Translations under genes and position numbers: made by a program
Part shown: positions 20,251 to 28,870 of the stretch, piece by piece
Numbering within the stretch: the first letter of the stretch is position 1
Layout of the letters: each line of letters begins with the position of its first letter
From: Elusimicrobiota bacterium
GTDB taxonomy: Bacteria; Elusimicrobiota; Elusimicrobia; FEN-1173
Assembly (NCBI GenBank): GCA_016714745.1
Contig: JADKCG010000002.1
Span: 25,161-89,160, forward strand
Reading direction: 5' to 3'
DNA: 64,000 nucleotides
The notes under the pieces: model-generated
Database searches by the model: none
What the model saw: only the letters and a program-made list of their open reading frames with translations
Told to the model about the DNA's origin: nothing

Positions 20251-21246
20251 CTATGCGCTTTGTAAAATCATGGCGCGCAATGAATCGACCTCAAGCCAGG
20301 CATCATTCGTGTCGCTCCGATAAGCAAAACCCTCTTTTACATAATCGTAATGAGCGTATTTTGATTCCAAAGCGGAGCTTGCCGCAAACTGCGGGAGAAC
20401 AACAAAGAAGTCCCCCACACGCTTTGTACTTCGCGCTTCGTCCTCGGAAATGAGGGTCTCATGAAGTTTCTCTCCAGGACGAATTCCAAAAATCTTAAAC
20501 GTGCAAAGAGGATCGACCGCCCTGGCCAAATCGGTAATTCTCATTGAGGGGATGCGGGGGACAAAGAGTTCCCCTCCTTCGGCCTCTTGGAGAGCGTGCA
20601 AAACAAGTTCAACACCTTGACCGAGCCCAACCCAAAAACGAGTCATTTGCTCATGGGTAATCGGAAACTCCTTAACGCCGCGGCTTTTCAAATCAAGAAA
20701 AAGAGGGATAACGCTTCCTCGGGATCCGATCACATTCCCGTACCTCACAACGGAGAATGTCGTCCTATTTCCGGTATAAGCATTGGCCGCGATAAAAATC
20801 TTTTCCGCCACCAGTTTGGTGGCGCCATAAAGATTGATGGGATTGACGGCTTTGTCGGTGGAGAGGGCGACCACTTTTTTAACGCCCCGATCCACCGCCG
20901 CTTCAACAATGTTATCCGCCCCCACCACATTGGTCTTTACCGCTTCGGTCGGATTGTATTCAAGGGCGGGAACTTGTTTAAGAGCGGCCGCGTGAACAAC
21001 GTAATCCACTCCCTCAAAGGCACGGTACAATCGATTTCTGTCCCGAACGTCTCCGATAAAGTAGCGAACCGGATATTTTTCCGGGGGGAACATTTTCGCC
21101 ATTTCAGACTGCTTGTACTCGTCTCGACTGAACACAATAAACTTCTCGGGACGAAAACGGTTCAGAAAAACGGAAGTAAACATTTTACCAAAGGATCCCG
21201 TCCCTCCCGTAACCAATACCGTCTTCCCATCAAACATGTTTTTCAT
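20251..21246 (-). CDS. pseB: UDP-N-acetylglucosamine 4,6-dehydratase (inverting)
   Basis: KTVLVTGGTGSFGK...FSRDEYKQ...YGATK. 331 aa. Classic PseB/FlaA1 pattern next to pseC. Confidence 0.9.
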   Translation of the reverse strand: MKNMFDGKTVLVTGGTGSFGKMFTSVFLNRFRPEKFIVFSRDEYKQSEMAKMFPPEKYPVRYFIGDVRDRNRLYRAFEGVDYVVHAAALKQVPALEYNPTEAVKTNVVGADNIVEAAVDRGVKKVVALSTDKAVNPINLYGATKLVAEKIFIAANAYTGNRTTFSVVRYGNVIGSRGSVIPLFLDLKSRGVKEFPITHEQMTRFWVGLGQGVELVLHALQEAEGGELFVPRIPSMRITDLARAVDPLCTFKIFGIRPGEKLHETLISEDEARSTKRVGDFFVVLPQFAASSALESKYAHYDYVKEGFAYRSDTNDAWLEVDSLRAMILQSA

Positions 21247-21300
21247 AGAAACTCCTAAAGGTTTTGGAAGAAGAAATAGGAAGACCGCACCCAGTTCGTG

Positions 21301-22362
21301 TCATGCTCTATTTCCCGTCAAACGGAATATGAGCCTTTTTAAAAATTGACCGCGCACGGTGGGCGCGCCAAAGCACGTGTTGCAGATGGATGGTTTATTG
21401 ATTCCCGAATGAATTCGCTCAAACACGGATTTATTACGTTCCAATATACTGTGCAACGCCTCTTTTTTAATGTTTCCCAAACCAAACATATCTCCATACC
21501 CTAAGCAACAAGGCATCACGTTGCCTGAGGACAAAACCCCCAGAATTCGTGTTCCACATTTTTTATTCGAACGTACGGGGTAAAAGTCCGTGAGTCTTCG
21601 CCCGTAGATAAACCGTTTGACTTTAAAATTAACATTTTGAGCCACAGAGAATCCCGTCTGCTCTAAATAATCACTCGGGGCGCCCTCCAAATACTCATCC
21701 AACTTATTAAAATCGATCTTGATCGAAGCATTGCTGGCCATAAGGTTTTTGAAAAACAAAACGACGTCATTCCGTAGCGATTGAACGGTGTTGTACATGG
21801 ATGGATCCCCGTGTTCGAGACCCAGGACTGACCGCAAGATCCTCTTGAACGGGGGCATGTAATTACAACCGACATCAATCGTCACTCGTGTGGTTTTTCC
21901 GATCACCGCATTAAGATACGAAATCACCCCCGCGGTGTATTTTTTGAAATCCATATCGATTCCCCGGGCCTTCTTAAAAATTGTTTTATTGAGTGTTTGC
22001 AATGATATTTTTACCTTGGAAGGCTCTGCGGCAACCAACTCGTTAAGACAATCGGGGTTTTGAAAATGTGTGCCGTTGGTAATAAGAAGAGTGGGGACTT
22101 TTCGATCCCTCGCATAACGGATAAACTTGAAAATCCGTTTGTCCAGCAACGGTTCATTGTAATGACTCAGACAGACATGCTCAAACTTATCGTTTGGATC
22201 AATGGCGTCAATAAGTTTATAAACCATTTCATCTTCCAAGAGGATTCCCTTATCTTTCCTCAGAGGAAACGCGCAAAAAGAACATCTCATATCACAGGAT
22301 GCAAAGGTCTCTATCGATAATATGCTGTATCCATAAACAGACAAATCAATAGGATGAACCAC
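21301..22362 (-). CDS. radical SAM / SPASM-domain protein
   Basis: SCDMRCSFCAF (CxxxCxxC) and a C-terminal Cys-rich region (CGTR...MPCCLGYGD...CNTCFGAP). GTG start 5 nt after GGAGGA. Confidence 0.8.
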   Translation of the reverse strand: MVHPIDLSVYGYSILSIETFASCDMRCSFCAFPLRKDKGILLEDEMVYKLIDAIDPNDKFEHVCLSHYNEPLLDKRIFKFIRYARDRKVPTLLITNGTHFQNPDCLNELVAAEPSKVKISLQTLNKTIFKKARGIDMDFKKYTAGVISYLNAVIGKTTRVTIDVGCNYMPPFKRILRSVLGLEHGDPSMYNTVQSLRNDVVLFFKNLMASNASIKIDFNKLDEYLEGAPSDYLEQTGFSVAQNVNFKVKRFIYGRRLTDFYPVRSNKKCGTRILGVLSSGNVMPCCLGYGDMFGLGNIKKEALHSILERNKSVFERIHSGINKPSICNTCFGAPTVRGQFLKRLIFRLTGNRA

Positions 22363-22496
22363 TCTATTCCTCCAATGACCAGCGTCCCAAGATCTGACAT
22401 TGAACCGCGGTCATTTTTTCTTCTCTCAGAGCCTGGAAACCATTTGATATCCAATCTGTGGGCACAAGCGATTGTCAACCGTCCTTTCTGGTTTTG

Positions 22497-23555
22497 TCAA
22501 AACATTTCCCACGAGAGCAATTCATCCGCTCCAATATTTCGTATCGCCGTCCGTCCCACCACCACACTCCGATATTCCGGATAGATACCGGTTCCAGGCC
22601 GCTTGCACGAGATGGCTTGATCTGTAATGACTTGTCCTTTCTTTATTTCACGAATAGCAACGAGACTTTTCCGCGCGTATTGAAACGCCTTATCTTCAGC
22701 CGCGTAATGGGCATTCTGGAATGAACTTATGTTTTTCTCAACGCGACGACAACTTTTGACGAATCCCGCGAGCTCTGCGCTGGTTAGGGCAAACTTATGA
22801 TCGGGGCTGTCGGGCAAGTTGCTGTCGATGGTGTAGTGTTTTTCGATCGAACGGGCCCCTAGCGCCACCGCCGCCAACGACACTTCCCCGCCATACGTAT
22901 GATCGGAATAGCCGATAGGGATATCGGGAAATATTTGTTTCAGCCGTACCATTTTGGCAAGATTAGCATCTTCGTCTTTACAGGGATAGCTCAGCACGCA
23001 GTGTTGGAGCGCGATCTGCCTATTTCCTTTCCTTAGAATGACATCGATGGCCTTTTCCACCTCCCCCACAGAGGCCGCCCCCGTCGACATCACCATGGGT
23101 TTTCCGCAGTCCGCAATGTATTCAATCATCAAATGATTCGTGATCTCTGCGGAAGCGATCTTGAAAAAATCAATGTCAAGTTTTTTTAAAAATCGCGCAC
23201 TGTCCATCCCAAAAGGGGACGATGCAAAAAGGATCTTCTGTTCTCGGGCGTATTCTTTGAGTTCATAATAGGCTTTTTTTGGCAAGTCATCCACCCTGGA
23301 AAACATTTCGAACTGGGTTCCCCCTCCGTCCGTATCAAGCGTGGGATCCCAATAGCGCGGGGCGCTCTTTGTGCTGATCTCATCAGCGCGATACGTTTGA
23401 AATTTGATAGCGTCGGCCCCACCGGCCTTGGCGGATCGAATAAGTTCTTTGGCGCGTGAGACATCATTATTGTGATTGACCCCGGCGTCGAGCATGATGA
23501 AACAGGGCGCCCCCTCTCCAATACCCGCGCCATGCTGGAACCGTATTCGACCCAT
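22497..23555 (-). CDS. NeuB/LegI-family nonulosonic acid synthase with a C-terminal SAF domain
   Basis: GAPCFIMLDAGVNHNND...GADAIKFQTY...GYSDHTYG...IEKHYT, then an SAF-like tail (RKSLVAIREIKKGQVIT). Confidence 0.85.
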   Translation of the reverse strand: MGRIRFQHGAGIGEGAPCFIMLDAGVNHNNDVSRAKELIRSAKAGGADAIKFQTYRADEISTKSAPRYWDPTLDTDGGGTQFEMFSRVDDLPKKAYYELKEYAREQKILFASSPFGMDSARFLKKLDIDFFKIASAEITNHLMIEYIADCGKPMVMSTGAASVGEVEKAIDVILRKGNRQIALQHCVLSYPCKDEDANLAKMVRLKQIFPDIPIGYSDHTYGGEVSLAAVALGARSIEKHYTIDSNLPDSPDHKFALTSAELAGFVKSCRRVEKNISSFQNAHYAAEDKAFQYARKSLVAIREIKKGQVITDQAISCKRPGTGIYPEYRSVVVGRTAIRNIGADELLSWEMF

Positions 23556-24332
23556 TGTCGTCCTCCGTTAATCGATTAGAATTTTTTCTTATTTCGTCTG
23601 CGGCCGCACGATCTTCTTTCACGCGAGGGTATTCCGGCAATTGAGCGCAGTGGGAAACGATTTCCTTCAACGTTGGAACCCGCCCTTGAAAGTGGTTCAA
23701 TAGCTCATTTGCAAATCTTAAATCCGATTCGTAGTCAATGGTCAGCCTCAGTTGCGGCATGCGAACAGACTCAGACACTGAAAAAAAGTTCTTTTGTACG
23801 AATGGTGCCAGCTCAAAAAAATAGGTCATATACTCTCGCTCAGTTCCGGCGTGCGGGATCTCCGGTGGAGTTCTTCAAGAACCGAACTTCGCACTATTTC
23901 ACATGCTGTTCCGAGCGGGACTCCGATCTGCCGAGCATAATCGGCATTTGTTTCCTTCATCTTGATAAACATTTCATGCATGGAAATAAAATCCGTAAAC
24001 GGATTATCCCCCGTTATTCTCACAATGTATTCAGAAGGATGTGCCGCGACACAGCGGATAAACCGCTTCAGGACATCCTCCGCATCTCCACAAAAACACT
24101 TCACACCCTTTTCGGCACACCACAATTCTATCTCTTTGTCCTCATCAGCGGTGGTTGTGCATACGATAAAATCGTCAAGCCCCGATGTTCGCAGTCGGTC
24201 CACGAGCATTTGGAGGATTGGCTTCCCCGCGATCGTGCGAAACGCTTTTTTCGGAAGTCGTTTTGAAGCCATGCGAACAGCGACCAATCCTATGATCTCA
24301 GCCATAGATGCTTTCGGGTGAAATAACCTCAA
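23467..24332 (-). CDS. SpsF-type cytidylyltransferase, split into two ORFs in this assembly (probable 1-nt indel near 23830-23860)
   Basis: The N-terminal ORF (IIGLVAVRMASKRLPKKAF...RITGDNPF) stops at 23826. In the next frame I read GTEREYMTYFFE, which aligns with REHVTPYMKE of the paralogue at 17374..18162, so one ancestral gene is split inside a conserved motif. The 3' end overlaps the next gene by 89 nt, which is suspicious. Confidence 0.7.
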
Positions 24333-25326
24333 ATAATTGGATTTCTTTTTGGGCGATATGCCCTACCACCTGATCGGATTGATTAATTGTAAAAAATTGG
24401 GCCCGAGGAGATAAACGCGCACAACGGCCAGTAATGTCCTTTGGGCGGATCTGAGCTCCTCGTCGAATGGGACGCGCCGCTACTATTAATTTCCGCTTGG
24501 ATCGCGAATAGTCCTGTTCTGAATGGGACAGTAAAAAGGACGGTGCACCCAGAGCGGCGTGGGTAAGCTTCAAACACTGAAGAAGTTGATCAAACTGGGA
24601 TGGGTCATACGCTGATTGCCAATCGTATAACGTCTCCCTTTCTTTCAAAAAGGCGTGTTTTTCAATACAGCACGCACCCACCCCCATAGCGAGACAAGGC
24701 ACATGTGCCGAGAAAGGGTCAGAAGCCGGAGAATGGTCCATGTAACCAACCGGACAGCCGTATCGCTCTCTCAAAAATTTAATTCGATTCACGTTCGACT
24801 CCACTATTGGAGTAGGGAACGCCTGAAACCCCACCATGAGACAGAACGCCTTTCCCGCACACAAACTGACCATCGCGTCGATTTCGCTCAACGTCGCGCC
24901 CCCAACGGAGATCAGGACTGGTTTTCCATATGAAATGACTTTTTTAATAAAAGAATCGTTCCCAATGTCACTGGCATAGATCTTAAAACCGTCGGCGCCA
25001 ACTCGATCCGCCAATGCCAATGATTTTTCGCCAAACACATCGAAATAGGCTTTTTTCCTTGCGCGATGAACGAGCCGAACAATTTTTGAGAATTCCGATT
25101 GAGGAAATTCAAACGATCTAAAGAGTTGATATTGGGGATGAATCGGAGTTAAAAAATCATCCGCCACAATGTACTGGAATTTAACGGCAGGCACCGCCGT
25201 GCGACAGAGGGCCTCCGTCAAACGGCGCAAATAGCTGAGAGAGCCACCATGGGAATTGGCGATCTCTGCAATGAGGAGCGGAACGGCATGGGGCTTTTTA
25301 GACAAAGGAAATCTCCCGGTTTTCAT
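24298..25326 (-). CDS. NeuB-family nonulosonic acid synthase paralogue with an SAF-like tail
   Basis: VPLLIAEIANSHGGS...AVKFQY...GYMDHSP...IEKHAFL. Start placed at MKTGRF (25326), giving an ATGA overlap with the flippase stop. Confidence 0.75.
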   Translation of the reverse strand: MKTGRFPLSKKPHAVPLLIAEIANSHGGSLSYLRRLTEALCRTAVPAVKFQYIVADDFLTPIHPQYQLFRSFEFPQSEFSKIVRLVHRARKKAYFDVFGEKSLALADRVGADGFKIYASDIGNDSFIKKVISYGKPVLISVGGATLSEIDAMVSLCAGKAFCLMVGFQAFPTPIVESNVNRIKFLRERYGCPVGYMDHSPASDPFSAHVPCLAMGVGACCIEKHAFLKERETLYDWQSAYDPSQFDQLLQCLKLTHAALGAPSFLLSHSEQDYSRSKRKLIVAARPIRRGAQIRPKDITGRCARLSPRAQFFTINQSDQVVGHIAQKEIQLFEVISPESIYG

Positions 25327-26837
25327 GGGACAATAGCGCCTAAATTTAAATCCGTCGAATTCTTGGATTTTAACAACCGCACTATCTTGCGTAATGTGTC
25401 GGGCGTCGCCACCTTCCAATGATAACCCGCGAAAAACAAACAACTCAATAGGACAATTTTAAGGAATAACTGACTTGCGTAGGACGCGTCCATTGCGCGC
25501 ATAAGAATGCCTGATGCGGTGCTCAGCATAAAAATCGCATACACACAAAACACGAATCCCCACTCAAATCTGATTTTATACAAAAATTGCCCCATGACAG
25601 TAAGCAACGCATTGATGGTCACATACGAACCCAACATGGCCACGGATGCGCCCATCAGCCCATACCGTGGGACCAATAATATATTCATGCCAACGTTAAC
25701 CAATGTTCCGACAATGGTGACAAAAAAGATATACAAGGGCCTTTTCATATAAGCAAACTGAACCCCGACGAACATGCCAAAGATGTTGGTCGACATGGCA
25801 CAAAGCACGATCATTATCACATCCACGGCGGGCCTGTACGTTGGAGGAGCGAGGAGTCGAATAATTTCAGGGGAAAACAACAGAAACGCGAGCAAGGGGC
25901 AAGAGGTTGTAAAAAGAAAATAGGAGAACAACCTCCCAACAGGTCCACTGGCCTTTTCTCCCTGATCAAAGACCTGCCGGTAACACGGAGGTTGGAACGA
26001 AGACCAAATGGCGTTCATAAATGAAAATGATGCATTTCCAAGACTCTGCCCAATGTTATAAACACCGACGGCTTGAAGTGTTAGCGACTTGTTTAACATG
26101 AATTTATCGAAAAATTTTCCGACAAATCCCGTGAATGATTTTGGAATACTTTGCACCCCAAAGAGAAGGCTCTCTTTAAGCATGGCAAGACTCAAGCTTT
26201 TCTTAAAGTGTTTCATAAAATAGAGGGTGCCTAGCGTGGATGCGACAAATGAGCTTATGAGGGATGCGTAGACCAACGCCGTATAGTTTTTTAATGCGAG
26301 ACAGAGCAACACGTTAAGTGCGCTCAAAAACACAGCGTGAAATATTGAAAAAAAAGAATGGGTTTTTGCATTTTCAAAATTCTGAAGTGTCGTCAAATAC
26401 ACATTGAAAATCGTCAGTAAAAACAGGGATATGTAATATATGAAAAATATTTTCCCGTAGCCTTCATCCCCGATGAGCATTCTGGATAAACTGTTCCTGC
26501 AAAAGAAAACGGGAACCGCAGTAACAAAGAGAGAAAGATACAGGAATAATTGACATGTGAATAGAAATTGCCCTAATCGATCAGGTTCTTTTCGGTATTC
26601 AAAAAAGAACCGTTGGACCGCTGAGGGCATTCCCCAGGAAAAAACCCCTACCGCAAAGGTGGGAAATATCGTTGCCATCGTCACTACGCCAAAATCTTGG
26701 GGCGTCAATATCCGAGTTAATATTGGAAGTGTGATCACATGGACTGCCATACCAGCAAACTTCGGCAAAATATAGAAAAAAGAGTTTACGATCGTCTTCT
26801 TTTCTACTTCCATATAGAAACGGACTCCGAACCCCAT
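25323..26837 (-). CDS. Wzx/MOP-family polysaccharide flippase
   Basis: About 500 aa of hydrophobic helices throughout. The N-terminus (NSFFYILPKFAGMAVHVITLPILTRILTPQDFG) is typical of polysaccharide biosynthesis (Wzx-like) proteins. The start could instead be the Met at 26813. Confidence 0.75.
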   Translation of the reverse strand: MGFGVRFYMEVEKKTIVNSFFYILPKFAGMAVHVITLPILTRILTPQDFGVVTMATIFPTFAVGVFSWGMPSAVQRFFFEYRKEPDRLGQFLFTCQLFLYLSLFVTAVPVFFCRNSLSRMLIGDEGYGKIFFIYYISLFLLTIFNVYLTTLQNFENAKTHSFFSIFHAVFLSALNVLLCLALKNYTALVYASLISSFVASTLGTLYFMKHFKKSLSLAMLKESLLFGVQSIPKSFTGFVGKFFDKFMLNKSLTLQAVGVYNIGQSLGNASFSFMNAIWSSFQPPCYRQVFDQGEKASGPVGRLFSYFLFTTSCPLLAFLLFSPEIIRLLAPPTYRPAVDVIMIVLCAMSTNIFGMFVGVQFAYMKRPLYIFFVTIVGTLVNVGMNILLVPRYGLMGASVAMLGSYVTINALLTVMGQFLYKIRFEWGFVFCVYAIFMLSTASGILMRAMDASYASQLFLKIVLLSCLFFAGYHWKVATPDTLRKIVRLLKSKNSTDLNLGAIVP

Positions 26838-28852
26838 CTCACCCGATGCAAGTGATTGGCTTTTTCAATGGCAACCTCTTTGTTTTGCCCTTGGCTAAGC
26901 TCGTTGAACAACACCTCTAGATATTGCCCAATTCGTCGGGATGCGTGGCCATCCCGGAACGGATCCCTCTCTCGTGCCCACTGCGCAAGTTTTGGATGAA
27001 TATTAAATTTGCCGCCGGCCCTTCTCTGGGTGACGACATAGGTTTTCAATCCCTCCAGGGAATCAAATATCACTTCATCTCTCCCCCACGCATAGAGCTC
27101 CCCAGAATAAATTTTCTCCAAGTCTAAAAAAAGCGTGGGAGTTCCTGCCAACAGACTTTCGAGAACCGCCGTTCCCGCCAAATAGATCCCCACTGCGAGG
27201 TCAGCCGCTTGCGACACTTCAGAGGGATACTGATTTGTCACATATTTACCATCAGAGACAACAAGGCACCGACCTGTTTCCATTGCTTTATTAATTAAAT
27301 TGGAACAACCCGAAATGCGCGATAAAAGAGTTTTTGGGTACCCCGGTTTAAAAATGACTCCAATTTCCTTGTCCTGAATAATCCACTGAAGTAAAAATGA
27401 ATACAAGTCGGCAACTCGCTGATGGCCAATGGTGGAGTATGAATCATCCGATGAATTTTCATCAAAGAATGCGATGATCGTCTTGGCTCCTTGATTCAAT
27501 AAAAGGTTTCTTAAATGCACGGATTTATTCTTTGCGGCCAGGAAGGAATGGTCGGTGACATAACCAGTGTATACGATGGAATTTAAGATTGACCCATTCT
27601 CTTTCCAAAACCTTTCGTAATGGGGAGAAAATAAAAAAAGGACTTCTGCGTTTGAGCTCAGCCAGCCACTTGAAAACCAAATGTTCGAAAACTGATTGGA
27701 AACGCCCACGCCTCCGGACGTCCTAATAGCCGAGTGAATCGCAATATTGTACTTGTCGAAATCGTTGGGAAGGTAGGCCAGCCGGATCCCGTGGTGAACA
27801 AAAAATTCACGCCAGAGAATAAAACCGTAAAGCAAACGAGTTATTTCAGGAAAATAATGTACACAGGCGGAAAGCGGGTGACGGAGTAATGATAAGCCTA
27901 ACAACCCAATGGGCCCCAGCAGTCTCCTCTTCGGAATGTGGGCTGGACCCCAACATGGAATTCGGCGATTCGGACTGGTTTTGCCAATGAACCAGTAGCG
28001 TATTCCATTTTTATCTAATAGATCAAGATCAGCGTCTGTGATGGGAATATCGGCCCGATAAAACACGACGGTCACTTTGTCTTTGGGTAAATCGGAGTTG
28101 ATCAACCAAAAGAAATCACTCCGATCATCCAAATTTAAAGATATTGACTTGCCCATATACAGAGCGACAATGCCACCCTCCACATCTTCCCTCTTTTTTG
28201 CATGATTCCCATGAAGCGGGATTCCAACTCTTTTTTTTGGTTCGATGTTTGGGCGAATGACTCCGCGCAGGAATTGCTTGATTAACTGCGCAATAGGACG
28301 AACGATTGATAAGAGATTGAGGTCGATGTAGGTAGAAAAGAGGAGGTCTTTGGAATCGAATGAACGGGAAAAGATGTCTCCCCTGAAAATGTATTGATAT
28401 CGGAACCTACAGGACACGGATCCCTGTATGTTGAAGTTCTTTTTATGCCGCGTGATAGCAAGAATATGGACAACTTGGCTATAGACGTTTTCCCAGATTG
28501 CCTTATCGAGAAATAACCTTAATTCATCTTTTGAAAAAAATCGGGGGGGGCCAGAAAGTTCTAAAACGATTCGTTCCCGCAAGGCCGCACAGATCCTGTT
28601 TGTTTTCTCCAGGACATCTGGAAATGGACTCCCTCCCTTATCATCCGTGAGTTCCCAAAGATGAAAAACAACGGGTTCGATCTCTGCGACCGCCGCGCCG
28701 ATCCCCAATAGGAACGAATAAAATCGATAAGCCGCGTTGGTCCGTTTTAGAAAAAATATTTTTTTTATTTTTCGACGCAATAAATCTGGAAGGAGAAAAA
28801 CAAGAAGGCTAACAGACAAAACATCAGTGTAAATATAAGGGGAAGCCATCAC
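26804..28852 (-). CDS. large uncharacterised protein with a GT-B-like C-terminal half
   Basis: 682 aa with an N-terminal hydrophobic segment. C-terminal IIAFFDEN...VIFKPGYP...AADLAVGIYLAGTAVLESLLAGTPTLF resembles a GT-B C-terminal domain. Confidence 0.5.
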   Translation of the reverse strand: MMASPYIYTDVLSVSLLVFLLPDLLRRKIKKIFFLKRTNAAYRFYSFLLGIGAAVAEIEPVVFHLWELTDDKGGSPFPDVLEKTNRICAALRERIVLELSGPPRFFSKDELRLFLDKAIWENVYSQVVHILAITRHKKNFNIQGSVSCRFRYQYIFRGDIFSRSFDSKDLLFSTYIDLNLLSIVRPIAQLIKQFLRGVIRPNIEPKKRVGIPLHGNHAKKREDVEGGIVALYMGKSISLNLDDRSDFFWLINSDLPKDKVTVVFYRADIPITDADLDLLDKNGIRYWFIGKTSPNRRIPCWGPAHIPKRRLLGPIGLLGLSLLRHPLSACVHYFPEITRLLYGFILWREFFVHHGIRLAYLPNDFDKYNIAIHSAIRTSGGVGVSNQFSNIWFSSGWLSSNAEVLFLFSPHYERFWKENGSILNSIVYTGYVTDHSFLAAKNKSVHLRNLLLNQGAKTIIAFFDENSSDDSYSTIGHQRVADLYSFLLQWIIQDKEIGVIFKPGYPKTLLSRISGCSNLINKAMETGRCLVVSDGKYVTNQYPSEVSQAADLAVGIYLAGTAVLESLLAGTPTLFLDLEKIYSGELYAWGRDEVIFDSLEGLKTYVVTQRRAGGKFNIHPKLAQWARERDPFRDGHASRRIGQYLEVLFNELSQGQNKEVAIEKANHLHRVRWGSESVSIWK

Positions 28853-28870
28853 GTGAAAGACATGCTCCCC

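Noticed and set aside
22363-22496. A 16-codon ORF (MTAVQCQILGRWSLEE) just upstream of the SPASM radical SAM gene, considered as a possible RiPP precursor.
   Set aside because: It overlaps the GGAGGA ribosome-binding site and GTG start of the downstream gene. It has no leader or core features and only one Cys. The genomic context is sugar biosynthesis rather than peptide maturation, with no protease, transporter or RRE. It is likely a chance ORF.
19096-24332. Reading the broken pseC, SpsF-like and HAD genes as evidence that the glycan island is decaying (true pseudogenes).
   Set aside because: The same kind of single-base homopolymer lesion hits essential genes (mreB, rodA, mrdA, rpsK) at a similar density. 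A technical origin is more parsimonious. I kept them as CDS with a frameshift note.
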